Below are positions 24,199-36,815 of a stretch of DNA of 64,000 nt, in pieces. The notes under the pieces are model-generated. The model saw only the letters and a program-made list of their open reading frames with translations. It made no database searches and was not told the origin of the DNA. The translations under genes were made by a program, and so were the position numbers. This DNA comes from Anthoceros angustus (Eukaryota; Plantae; Anthocerotophyta): NCBI GenBank assembly GCA_010909165.1, contig VJWM01000007.1:186001-250000 (forward strand), given 5' to 3'. The number at the start of each line of letters is the position of its first letter. Position 1 is the stretch's first letter.

Positions 24199-27100
24199 TC
24201 TATAAAACCTTGTAGAATGAGTTTGAGTTTATATATGAGCCCCAAGTGCCAGAAAATGCGGCGGCAACCCAATGAGCCACTGGATGTTCTAGAAAGCTGA
24301 CACATGCTTCTGACATCAGAATATCAGTCGGGTCCAATTCGCCACAAAAATGAGACTTCCGACTACGTGTCTATATGGAACATCCTGCATATCCAATTGC
24401 TCCTCTGGGGTTTGTGCACATTGAAGACTAGTGAGCTTCACACCCATAGCAGCTGGAGTAGTGGCTGGTCGTGCTCGTCCATATGAAACTTAGTCAAAAT
24501 TTCCTTGATGTACTTGTTTTGATATATGGCCATCACCCCATCAGCTCTCACCAACTGGATCCCTAAACAAAACTTCAAGTCACCAATATCCTTCATTTCA
24601 AATTTATTAGATAAAAGCTGCTTGACATGTTCTAATAGGGTCTTGTCATTTGTGGCTAATATTACGTCATCAACATATAAAGCCAAAATGACGTATGAGG
24701 AGCCTTGGGTAAGCATATATATATTGGAATCAGCAGTACTTTGTACAAAGTTAATTTCCAATAAGTAAACATGCATGGTAAAGTACCATACTCTACCAGA
24801 TTACTTGAGGCCATAAATACATTTGAGAAGTAGTAAAACTTTGTTGGGGTATTTAGAATCAACATACCCCTCAGGTTGTTGCATATAAAGTTCCTCCTCA
24901 AGTTGTGCATATAAAATACGTTGTGCAAACATCCATTTGATGCAGATACAAATCATGTTCCGTTGCCATAGCAAGTAACATCCTAATGGATTGAGATCTA
25001 ACCACAGGACTGAATGTCTCTTGATAATCTAGGCCTTCAACCTGCGTGAATCCCCTAGCAACGAGTCGAGATTTATAACGTGCTATCTCTCCTTTCGAGT
25101 TGAGCTTGTGCTTGAAAACCCACTTGCACGAGATGGGTTTTCTGCCAGGTGGCAAATCCACTAACTTCCAAGTATTGTTCTTGATCAAGGATTGATACTC
25201 ATCCTCTACTGATATACGCCACTTGTCACCATCAGAGCCAGACAGGGCTTGCTTCAAATTGATTGGCTCATCAGGGATGACAGCAGCAAGTGATGTGGAA
25301 GTGTTGCGAAAATCTATAGACTCATAGGGGGGCTCAATCCACTCGGCTCTAGGTGGTCTTTGGCGGGTGGATCTGCGCAACTCGGGTTCTGGTGGGACTT
25401 CTACAACTCGTGGCACAGCGTGCGCCTCTAAAGCAGGTTCATGGTCATCCTGAATAAGGTCAGGAACTACATCTTCCATGAGAGGTTCAGGGTCATGTGC
25501 AGGGTCATGCTGGATATCCTGTGCATCTAAAATAGGCGGAGGGTTAGTTGGCAACTCATCATCTTGTGGATACATAGCAGGTACCTCATCAGTGTCCTGC
25601 TCATCATCATAAACAACTAATGGATGTGCTCCCTCTGCCGCAGGATGTGCTCCCTCTATTGAAGTTGTCGGTTCACCATGAGCATAGGTAGGTTCAATGA
25701 AAGTGACGCTACGGGCTAAGGTTAGAGAGTGAGTAACGGGATCATAGAGCTTGTATGCCTTGGCAGTCTCGCTGTATCCTACGAAAACAAGGCCCTTGGC
25801 TCTCATGTCAAGCTTCCTCCTCTTTTCAGAAGGGATATAAGCGAAGGCCTTAGCTCCAAATACCCGAAGATGAAGTAGGCTAGGCTTGCGCTTCCAAAAT
25901 ACCTCATATGGTGTCCGTCCATGTACAGCACTGGTGAGCACCCGATTGAGAATGTACGTCGCAGCAACTACGGCCTCTGCCCAATACCCTTGAGGGAGAC
26001 CTGCCCAAAGCAGCATACTCCTTGTCATTCCTAACAGAGTTTGGTTCTTGCGCTCGGCAACTCCGTTCTGTTGTTGAGTATAGGGTACAATCAGCTGACG
26101 CTGAATGCCATGTTGTGCAAGGTACTCGTCAAAAGCGGCGTTGACAAATTCCGTCCCATTGTCCGTGCGCAGCATTCTAAGAAGATGACCAGACTGTCGC
26201 CGGGCAACTGGCAACCATTCCTGGAAACAAGTGAATGTATCACTCTTCAACTGCATAGGAAAGGTCCACGTATACCTACTATAGTCGTCGGTCAAGCATA
26301 AGTAGTAACGAGATCCTCCAAGTGAAGCCTCATGTATCTTCCCAGATATGTCTGCATGGACCAGCTCCAATACTTGTGATGCCCTATGTGCAGGTGCGTT
26401 AGGGAAAGGAGCCTCCTTCTTCTTGGCAAGGATACATGCTTCGCAGACTGTAAGGTCCTTGAAACACTTGGGCAGGGGTTCTCGAAAACATTCCTTGTTG
26501 GACATGTCCACCAGCTTTGCTCGGTTGACGTGTCCGAGGCGAGCATGCCATAATGCAGCCAGCTTCTTCTGGTCCATGTGAGTACTCCCTGTGGAACATA
26601 CTGTATGAGTAGGCTTGCAGTTGATGTTCAGCTTGTACAAGTCGTTGACTACCACCCCCTCAAAGGCACAGATGCTAGGTGAATCTGCCTTGCTAAAGGA
26701 ACAAGACACATGGTCAGCTTGCATAAGAAGAGCATGCGACTTCAACAGTCTGCTAAGTGACATCAAATTCTTCGCCATCCGGGACATACAGTACCCTGTC
26801 AAGGGTAAGCTCTGTGTTGTCCGGCAGGATAAAGGTACACATCCCGTGCCCTCTGATCTGCAATCCAGTCTCAGCCCTCTCATCTCCCAACAGCACTTTC
26901 TCAGATACTTTGAGTAGATGCAGATGTGAAAACTGGTCCTTGTCCATACAAATATGTGTAGTTGCTCCAGAGTCCAGATACCAACTGGTACTATCCCTCG
27001 TGGAGCTAGACAGGCAAAGAGTATAAATCTTCACAGTAGATTTATCATGGTCACCTCCAAACTTGCCTTTCATTGCCATGCTGGAAGTAGGTTTGGGCTG

Positions 27101-29330
27101 ATGCTGCGGCTCGCCTGCCTTCTTCTTGCGGCAGTCACGGGCCCAGTGCCCAGCTATCCCACACCAATTACAGTTCCCTGTCCTTTTAGTGGAAGAAGAT
27201 CCAGAGTCATTATCACGCTGACCTGATCCTTGAGTCTTCCCTTTATTTTGTTCGCTTGGTGCAAAACCTTTTCACTCTTGTGTTTATGTCCACCGACATA
27301 AGCTGCCGACTTTGCTCCTCCCGTACAATGCGCCAATAACATCCTCCAATGTCCGGGTCTTTGGATGTTGTCGCATGACTCGAGGATGAATTGGGCCATT
27401 TTGTATACTCACAAAATTTTGATAGGATGGGAGGGCGATCGTGATTGGGCAATGGCGTCCTCTTCATCCATAGTAGAACCAAAAGATACCAGGTCCGCAC
27501 GTAAATGTCTGAACTTGCTCGTAAAAACTGCAACCTTATCAAACTCCTTCATCTTAAGTGTGAACAGCTCCACTTATGATTAGCGTTACAGCAAGTTTGT
27601 TGGCAGTCCATTCGTCTAGGAGGGTCTGTTGAGCAGCTGAAAGTGTAGTTCCTGGGGCTGCTGCGGCTGGCTCCTTGCGGGTCCCGTCGACCACAGTCCA
27701 CACTTTCCTAGCGACAAGAACAGCCCTCATCCGAACACGCCAAATGTGATATTGGTTACCATTAAATCTATCCTTTTCTTTTAATTCAGATATTGAAGAG
27801 GGGGCAGATGAGGTAGACATGTTTACGTGAGTGTTGGTGTTTGTGATAATGGTTGTGCTTGCTGTCGTGTTTTTCTTTTATTTGTCTTAGGTGTGCTTAT
27901 GTGTACTCCCAGAAGAGGGTTGTCATCTGACGAGCCTGAATCCTCTTCGTGCTCAGAATCAGAATCCCTGCCTCCAAAAAGTGACATACAATGGCTCTCC
28001 CACTAGACTATGGCTAGGTGAAGAAGCAGCAAAAATATGTACCTTTTCTTAATTTAAAAAAACAGGATAAATTCAAAAAATAAATATTTTCAGAAATAAA
28101 TGTTTTTTTATTTGAGAAAAAAAAGGGTTACTGATTCTTGATTTGCTGTGCAGGAGGCTATGGTGAGCACCGCCTGGGAGGGTAGATTGCTCGCCCGACC
28201 TCGGTGATCTTCGTTCTACTCGCACACAAGATTAGGGAGCAGCGGAAAACCATGACAAGAGAAAAACAAACTAGCAAGCAAGCTGTGCATCATGTGAAAC
28301 AACAAGAGGAAACACCTCCTCACAAAACAGGATTCCACACTCAAGACGAGCAAACCAAACCTGCCGCTTTTTGTTTCTCTCGGCATGCACCACTGAGAGA
28401 GAACCCCAAAAACGGGCAGCCGGTCCATCAGGAACACGGAAGGCTCGCATTCAAAAATAAGATCACAACCCGAAAACACCAGCCTTATCTCGAACCAAAG
28501 AAGATAATGCTCAGGAGCCCGACCGGGCCATTCCGCTCCACATCTGCCTCTGCAAGAATCAAGTCGTGCCGGCTCGCATCTTGCCCTCCTTGAAAAAAAG
28601 TGATCCCACCTACCGAATATGAACAAGCGGCACACCTGCCCGGCATGTCCGGAGGCAAATTAGAGGACACCAGGTTCTAGAACCGCGAGCCCAAACCTAA
28701 CCGTCACGGGTGCATCCAAGCGCGCGCACCGCACCAGATCCTAGCAGCGTGCCCTCCTTCTAACTGTCACGGGTGCATCCTAGCGCGCCCACTGGAGACC
28801 GATGCCAAGGCCAGATCGAATGCGCCGGTTCGGATCTCGGCCTCCCGCACCGGGCGAAAGCTAGGGGATGGGGCACCACCATCTCTGGTGGTGCCCAGCA
28901 TCGGATCTCCAAGCAGCGCGGAGTCCATCTGGCTGATTCGGTAGGTTAGATGATCAAAGTCCGCTTGTGATGCACGCAATCCAGCAGCCACCAAGGCCTC
29001 CACCTTCTCGACGCGATCCCCAATCCCACCAAGCATGGCAATCTGCGAAGAAAACATAGTCGCCCGCACCTCCAACACGCGGGGCCGACGCTCAAAGAAG
29101 GGCTGTGTAGATGGCAGGCCGTACAGGCAGCGCGCGCCGGGGCGGGGTAGAAGAAGAAGAAGAAGAATTTTATTTAAGTCCACTAAGGACGGATTTCCAT
29201 CATGGGACTTGGTACTTAACAACTTGTACCATGGTGTGCCTAAGCTACTTGCACCAAGGGCATCCATTCCCTTTAGGCACCCCATCTAAGTACCGATCAA
29301 GCTCGGGATGCTTAATCATGGCGTTCTTAT

Positions 29331-32300
29331 AAATGTGTGTCCATTTGGCCTAGGCCATTTGGACACGCATCCCCATGTTCACGTCTTTGTGAAAAAGTGT
29401 ACTATTTCTGAGGACAAGCTTTTCCCAAGGAGCTGAGTGTGGTCTGATGGTTTCACAGCCGCGTCTTCTATGGGTGGTCGCGGATTCGAGTCTTGATGCG
29501 TGCATGCCTCCACACCGCATATGTCTTGTGCGGCCAACAAGATTGTCAACCTCTTAGTCGGGATTGTACCCTCAAATCGGATCCAAATTTTTATCGAAAA
29601 AGTTGTTATGGGATCCGGGAGAAAAACGACCACGGGAGCGATTTCCCCTTCCATCCCGTCTTCAGCTTTGCGATTCTCGGATGTAATCCCACCTAGGCAT
29701 TTGCTAAAATCTTGTGTGGCCGGTGCATGGCTCTGATACCATGTGAAGGATGTGAAAGATGTGGAGGTTGTGCAAGCGGTTGATTGAATGAATAATACAA
29801 TACAAAATGATTACAAGACTCATGACCTAGAGTCATGTTATTTCACTTCAACTAAACACATTTAATCTAAATTAAATATATAAAACCCTAAGTGTGACAA
29901 AGCTTGTTATCTTAACATGACCTATGCTTTTATTCCCAAGGAAAAGAGGAAGAAATTCTCAGACAAAGCAAGGAAGTTGCTCATGATAGGGTATACAGAA
30001 GGGATCAAGGCTTATAAACTTTACGATTCACCTTCTAACAAAGTCATCTATGCTCAAGTGTAACCTTGATGAAAGCCATTTTGGCTTATTGGGAGCTATC
30101 CGGATACCTCGATTGCGAGGAGAGGACACAGTTCTTCCTGATGTCACTCACTTTGACATGTCTGATCATGGCACTTTGGACCCTTATCACCCTGAGGAGA
30201 TTGTTCCTGCAGGAGGGGATAATGACCAAGTGTTAGAACCTGAAAATGCACACCTTGATCAGCATGAACAACCTCCAGCAGATTATCACCAACTCCGATC
30301 CAGCCATAGAACTCAATCGATGTAGCACCGATGAAGAAGATCATGCGCGAGATGAACTGAACTTGATTTACCACAAGGAGAACTTGAGCGGCGTTACCCT
30401 ACTCGTGACCGCCGACCTCTTGATTATTATCGTGCCACAGATTTTCGGCGGCCCACCTCTTCTCATATTCGGGTGCATGCTGCAACTAACCTCGACCCTA
30501 TAGAACCAAAGTCTTATGCTGAGGCATTGAGTAGACCTGATCACAACGAGTGGGAGAAAGCCATACAATCAGAATATGACTCACTCATTGAAAATGGCAC
30601 ATGGGAACTGGTAAAGTTACCTCCTGGTAGGAAAATGATTTCTTGCAAGTGGGTATTCAAGTTAAAAATGAAAGCTGATGGAACCTTCGATCGATATAAA
30701 GCCCGACTGGTTGCCAGAGGCTTCACACAGATTCCAGGTCTCGACTACCTTGAAACTTATGCCCCTGTTGTCAAGCTGCCCACATTTCGTACAATCTGCG
30801 CAGAGGCAGCAGATAAGGACTATGAGTTGCGAATGTTTGATGTAAAAACTGCTTTCCTGCATGGTGTGTTAGACAGAGAAATCTACATGCAACAGCCTGA
30901 AGGCTATGTGGTGAAAGGAAAGGAAGACTATGCCCTGTTATTAAAGAAGTGTCTTTATGGGCTTAGCAAATGTGTGTGTCCATTTCCCATTTGGACACAC
31001 ATCCCCATTCACGTCTTTGTGAAAAAAGTACTATTTACGGACAAGCTTTTCCCAGGTGGTAGTCGATGGTTTCAGGTGCGTCTTCCATGGGTGATGGGGT
31101 TCGAGTCTTGATGCGTGCATGCCTCCACACCGCATATGTCTTGTGCGGCCAACAAGATTGTCAACCTCTTAGTCGGGATTGTACCCTCAAATCGGATCCA
31201 AATTTTTATCGAAAAAGTTGTTATGGGATCCGGAGAAAAGCATGGGAGCGATTTCCCTTCCATCCGTCTTGACTTTGCGATTCTCGGATGTAATCCCACC
31301 TAGGCATTTGCTAAAATCTTGTGTGGCCGGTGCATGGCTCTGATACCATGTGAAGGATGTGAAAGATGTGAAAGATGTGGAGGTTGTGCAAGCGGTTGAT
31401 GCCAAAACTGAATGAATAATACAATACAAAATGATTACAAGACTCATGACCTAGAGTCATGTTATTTCACTTCAACTAAACACATTTAATCTAAATTAAA
31501 TATATAAAACCCTAAGTGTGACAAAGCTTGTTATCTTAACATGACCTATGCTTTTATTCCCAAGGAAAAGAGGAAGAAATTCTCAGACAAAGCAAGGAAG
31601 TTGCTCATGATAGGGTATCTGAAGGGATCAAGGCTTATAAACTTTACGATTCACCTTCTAACAAAGTCATCTATGCTCAAGTGTAACCTTGATGAAAGCC
31701 ATTTTGGCTTATTGGGAGCTATCCGGATACCTCGATTGCGAGGAGAGGACACAGTTCTTCCCGATGTCACTCACTTTGACATGTCTGATCATGGCACTTT
31801 GGACCCTTATCACCCTGAGGAGATTGTTCTGCGGGAGGGATAATGACCAAGTGTTAGAACACGAAAATGCACACCTTGATCGGCATGAACAACCTCCAGA
31901 TTATCACCAACGATCCAGCCATAGAACTCAATCTGGATGTAGCTTCTACAGATGAAGAAGATCATGCTGCAGATGAACCTGAACTTGATTTACCACAAGG
32001 AGAACTTGAACGGCGTTACCCTACTCGTGACCGCCGACCTCTTGATTATTATCGTGCCACAGATTTTCGGCGGCCCACCTCTTCTCATATTCGGGTGCAT
32101 GCTGCAACTAACCTCGACCCTATAGAACCAAAGTCTTATGCTGAGGCATTGAGTAGACCTGATCACAACGAGTGGGAGAAAGCCATACAATCGAATATGA
32201 CTCACTCATTGAAAATGGCACATGGGGGTAAAGTTACCTCCTCGGTAGGAAAATGATTTCTTGCAAGTGGGTATTCAAGTTAAAAATGAAAGCTGATGGA

Positions 32301-32554
32301 ACCTTCGATCGATATAAAGCCCGGCGGTTGCGGAGGCTTCACAATTCAGTCTCGACTACCTTGAAACTTATGCCCCATTGTCAAGCTTACATTTCATAAT
32401 GCGCGTGAGATAAGGACTATGAGTTGAATGTTTGATGTAAAAGCGCTTTCGCATGGTGTGTTAGGCAGAAATCTACATGCAACGCCAAGGCTATGTGGTG
32501 AAAGGAAAGGAAGACTATACTGTTATTAAAGAAGTGTCTTTATGGGCTTAAGCA
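29331..32554. repeat. ~1.6 kb tandem duplication (29331-30967 / 30968-~32554) spanning the Copia B 5' end and Copia A integrase/RT
   Basis: The leader, PBS, LTR, TGACC TSD and downstream coding sequence all occur twice; the copies differ mainly by small indels. Confidence 0.95.
29742..29917 (-). repeat. 5' LTR of Copia B (duplicated again at 31349-31541)
   Basis: Matches the 3' LTR and abuts a perfect 12-nt tRNA-iMet PBS. Confidence 0.95.
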
Positions 32555-33505
32555 GTCAACCCTTGAATGGAATGGAGTCCTTGATAAGGAGCTCAAAGCT
32601 CTAGGTTTTACAAAGAGCAAAGCTGACAGCAGTCTGTACATCTACATCAAGGAAAATGTTACATGCTACTTAGTTGTATATGTCGATGATCTGATCTTGG
32701 CCACAATAGCTTGGATTACATTACTTCAATAACATCAATGCTGGGAAAGAAGTTCAAGATGTCAGATTTTGGCTCTTTACAAAGTTGCCTAGGAATACAT
32801 ATTCAGCGCAACAGGGAAAGGAGAATTCTTACCTTAACGCAGCCAAGGTACCTCTTGGGCGATTCTTGGTAATGAGTCTCAAGGATGCTAAGCACCTTTA
32901 GCACACTCCCAAGTGGACTAAAACTCAGCAGAGATATGTCACCTCGCACACCATCAGAAAAGGATGAAATGAGAGATGTACCTTATAGGCAGGCTGTAGG
33001 TAAGCTCATATATGCAGCTAACACCACACGGCCAGAGGTAGCATTTCCAACTAGTGCTCTATCCCAATACCTTGAAAACCCAGGACCAACGCATTGGACA
33101 TGTGTTAAAACAGTATTTGGGTATTTGAAGGGGACAGCCAACAGAGGAATAGCTTACAAGCACATAAGCGAAGCGCACAGTGTATCTGAGACTCAGGTGT
33201 CACAGAGACCTGGACACGAGAAGGTCAGTATCTGGTTATGTGATTAGCTATGCAGGAGGACCTATCAGCTGGTCAAGTAAAAAGCAGCCAATAGTGGCAC
33301 TCTCAAGCACAGAGGCGGAGTTCCGGGTACTTACTGCTGCTGCAAAAGAGGTCATCTGGTTGAAGCTGTTATTTTCAGAATTAGGTATTGAACTGCCAAC
33401 ATGCACGAAGATGATGGAAGACAGCCAGGGCTCAATGTCACTTGCAGAAAATCCGGTCTTTCACTCCATGACCAAGCATGTTGCAGTCGAATACCACTGG
33501 ATACA

Positions 33506-33982
33506 TACCGCACATTTGGCCACTGACCAAAAATAGGCAATCTTCAACATATCATGTGTCCTTTTGACACCAAAATGCCCCAATGTTTCGCGTACCTTGA
33601 GTACAATTGGGTTCCGGTCTACCAGTGGTGGCGCCTCCTTTTGCACATCACCATCCCCACCATGAGCTTGCCATCCTGCCAAGTGTACCTAGCAACTCGT
33701 TGTCGCAACCTGGACAGTTGAGAGGGCAGCATTTGACCATCTACTTTGCCATGCTGCAGAAACTGAATGGCCTTTTCCTGCTTCCAAATATCTTTGTTGG
33801 ATTCCCCCAACATAACATGTTCATATTGTTCATCTTCCTGAGCCATGAGGGCATCAAACATGCTGGGCCTCTCATGGGTCTGATCCTGGCGTGCTTCAGT
33901 CATATCTGTGTCATCATGTACTGGGTTTCTACTCAAACCATCAGCATTCAGATGCACTTTACCTGCCCTATGCATAATCTCC
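33506..33982 (-). mobile_element. Ty3/Gypsy pol fragment (RNase H end plus integrase zinc-binding domain)
   Basis: HRAGKVHLNADGLSR, then LGHFGVKRTHDMLKIAYFW...CAVC. Confidence 0.8.
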
Positions 33983-34960
33983 CACTACAAGAATAAGGGT
34001 GCTTTTACAAACTTCAAAACCTTAGGCCAGGCTCAAATTGGGCCCAATCGTGTTTTACAATGTGCTCATTTGGTATTTGTTTGGCTTAGAAATCCAAAAA
34101 CGTGTTTTACAATGCAGCCGGCTATACCTTCTTACAATGGTGGTTAAATACCATTGGAGGTTCAGGTTTTTCTTTATTTAAATATTTGGATTTATTGTTA
34201 TACGTCCATGTTGTTGCGCTTCGGAATTGTCCGTTGTTACAACACAACCGTGTTGATTTTTCTGGAGGCTGACGTGTGTATTGGTAGTTTCTTGGTGGAC
34301 ATGCATGTGAAATGCAAGATGGTGGACACATATGCGAAATGCGGTGCCTAACGACAGGCTAGAAGGTAAGATTCCTTACAACGGATAGGTGGATAGGTCT
34401 GCCTCCTGTAGTTAGTTTGAGGGGCCCATTTTTGTGTTTGAAAAGTTAGAACAACATGTTGCAGGCCATAGATGGGACTGAATTTTTTGGTGGGTGTCCA
34501 TGATCAGGTCTTGTGGCCGTGGTCAAGTTTTCTCGAAGAGCCTCATTGCGGTTTTTCGTCTGTCCCCGAAGATGCTCGCCCGCATCACCGTGGGCATGTG
34601 TGCTCAAAGAAACTCGCTGCGGTCTTTTGTTTGTCCTCGAAGATCCTCGCCCGCATCAACGTGGGCATGTTTGCTCAAAGAGCCTCACTGCGTTTTTTTC
34701 GTCTGTTCCCAAAGATGCTCGAGCGCCTGCATCACCGTGGGCATGGAGGCCTAAATCGATTACCGATTTTGGAAATTGCTGGAAGAGCCATCAATGGCCT
34801 AACAAACGAGGGTGAGGAACTTACTATGTTGGTAATTGTGCGAGGAGAACAGAGCAATCCAATTTTATTTATTTAATTATAATTTAATACAAGAGGCCGA
34901 AAAAGGGCCTTGTTCTTCTCGGGTTAATGTTATTCAATTGAAGAACCTATGTTCGTGCAG
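33983..34960. mobile_element. CACTA-type transposon end (non-coding; right boundary uncertain)
   Basis: CACTACAAGAA at 33983, where the Gypsy frame stops; repeated subterminal (CGTG)TTTTACAATG motifs; internal 71-bp tandem repeat. Confidence 0.6.
34532..34746. repeat. 71-bp tandem repeat, 3 copies
   Basis: Units start at 34532, 34603 and 34674 and share GAAGATGCTCGCCCGCATCACCGTGGGCATG with few changes. Confidence 0.9.
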
Positions 34961-34971
34961 CAACTAAAGTA

Positions 34972-35330
34972 CCGTACCCTGAGGGGTGATTCGGCATTAA
35001 TTAATTAAAATGAATAAAATTTAAAAATCCAGAAATTATTATACTTCAAATGCTGAATATGTAAAAATTTATGAGTTTAAGATGCCGAAAACAAGGAAAC
35101 TAGGGTTTGTACGGAAAACTAGGGCCTGTTTAGGGAGGTCTATACATATCCATTAGTTCTATATAGATACCCATGTATTTTAATAAATACTAAAATTTGA
35201 TAAAATTATTTTCATAAATGTTAAAATTTTGAAATATTAAAAATATAAATATATAAACATTAAAAAATAAATAATTATGTTGTACCTTATTTTTCAGCAT
35301 TATCCTGTTGAACCACCCCCCGGGGTACGG
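34972..35330. mobile_element. Tc1/mariner-type MITE, copy 1
   Basis: TA TSD; TIR CCGTACCCTGAGGGGTGATTC / GAACCACCCCCCGGGGTACGG; AT-rich core; homologous to 60251-60599. Confidence 0.88.
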
Positions 35331-35644
35331 TATAGCAAACTCTCGAGACATCAATCGAACAGGAAGCCCGTCCGATAAGCCCTTCAATTCTATGAAACAA
35401 AGTCCCTTTCGGAAAAGCAGAATAATCCAACACCTAGGTTCGAACCGCAGCCCATCGTCTGGTGATGGTACTCTGTTCTCGCTTTTTGCTGTAGAGGGTA
35501 TGGAGGGTAGTGTCTAGACAACTTTGTATTGCGAATGCCAGCCGCTTATTCGCATGTAAAACCAGTCACCTATGCGATCAACGGACCGAGGAGGTGTGTA
35601 ATATAGACAGGCAATAGCCTGTGAAATGTGGGTATATCAACCAA

Positions 35645-36030
35645 CTACCTCATACCGTCAAATTGCTGGTTTGGGTAGCCCCTCGGTACCATAACCCATC
35701 CAGGGAGAGGGACCCATGCCTGCCTGCAGGACCTGCCCCAACAAAGCCCGTCCACATATGAAGACCACCACCCATTGCAGACGGCATTCCCACTCCATAC
35801 TGCACAATCGCGGTGGTAGGCGATGTGGCCCCGCTTCTTCTTGTAGTAGAAGAACCAGGAAAGGCACACACATCGAGACCCAATTTCCAGCATTGTCCAG
35901 TGCAAATCATGTGGATCAAAGAAGATGGCGTGGTTAGACGCACGCAGACAAGCATGAGGACAGTATACCAATCGCACTAGTAGCTCATCCAACGGGTTCG
36001 ACCAAAAAGGATGAGCAAAATCGTCCTCCT
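35645..36030 (-). pseudogene. Possible F-box(-kelch) gene remnant
   Basis: FWSNPLDELLVRLV resembles an F-box start, followed by AIFFDPHDLHW. No complete gene model. Confidence 0.25.
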
Positions 36031-36815
36031 CAACTTTCTACGAGACTGTGGCGCATCAACCTAAGCCGTCGTTTGCGTTCCCACCCGCAGCCCTGGTCGA
36101 AGGCTGACGGGAAGGACTTCACGCAATCAACCATACAAAAATCAGGAATCAGGCACCAACGAGATATCTCAGTGAGCTAAAGGATGGAGATCTACAAATC
36201 CAGAAGTCCATTTTAAAGAGTAGATAATCACCTGCATAAAACTCTGGGACTCCTGGAATATTCGTAGCTTCCAGCTTTTGTGCTCCTGACAGCTAGCTCC
36301 GAAAAAAAGACATCCTACAGTCGTGGAGGAGTCATTCAAGTCAAGAAGGGGGTTACACCGAGCACATGTTGAGCCAACTTGTCGAGGACTGCATACCTTT
36401 AGCTGTGACACTGACTGATTTGACTGATTTTCAGCTTCCCTCGTGTCCTGTCCTCGAAATCCGGCGCTGCAAACATAAAGCTCAAGGTGGGTCAAGATGA
36501 ACCCTATTGCAGCACTCCCTCTCTGATCAGAAAAAAATGATTAGACTGAAGACAGAGAAACAAAAGGAAGTAAGATCGATATTGCATGGTGCAACTTGAA
36601 GGCAGACGCATACAAGTTGAGGAGGCACGTTGTGTGACTGGCTGGGTGTAGTTTCGGTGCTGACCAGTTCTTGGTTGAAGCTGGCTTTGCAGTTGTATGG
36701 CAATGGTTTCGAATAAGCATTCTCAGTGTTCACAGCACCCAGTTGTGATCGCCTATATGGAGTTAATTTCGCTACGCTCCACTGAGGTTTAACCAGGGTA
36801 AATAAGGTCGTTCGG

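Larger units (their letters stand above)
22948..29917 (-). mobile_element. Ty1/Copia element B, full-length with both LTRs, nested in the integrase of Copia A
   Basis: LTRs 22948-23141 and 29742-29917; PBS TGGTATCAGAGC (29730-29741); PPT 23142-23155; TSD TGGCC/TGACC. gag from 27820, knuckle CNWCGIAGHWARDC (27131-27172), WYLDSGATTHI, integrase-RT ORF 24898-26883, LYVDDV, RNase H 23396-23863. Frameshifted. Confidence 0.96.
19011..33505 (+). mobile_element. Ty1/Copia element A (degenerate, interrupted by element B, 3' LTR missing)
   Basis: 5' LTR and PBS; gag with CHWCKIPGHWERDC knuckle (21646-21687); protease WYLDTGATAHI; LWHARLGH; integrase VHTDLCGP...RSDNGGEF; RT CKWVFK...YKARLVARGF and YVDD (~32680); RNase H ISWSSKKQPIVALSSTEAEF. 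Confidence 0.93.

Noticed and set aside
34532-34746. CRISPR-like array
   Set aside because: The whole unit repeats with no unique spacers; eukaryotic context; no cas genes.
35838-35848. TTCTTGTAGTA as the right CACTA TIR pairing with 33983
   Set aside because: The terminal base mismatches, there is no 3-bp TSD (TCC vs GAA), and no subterminal repeats are nearby.
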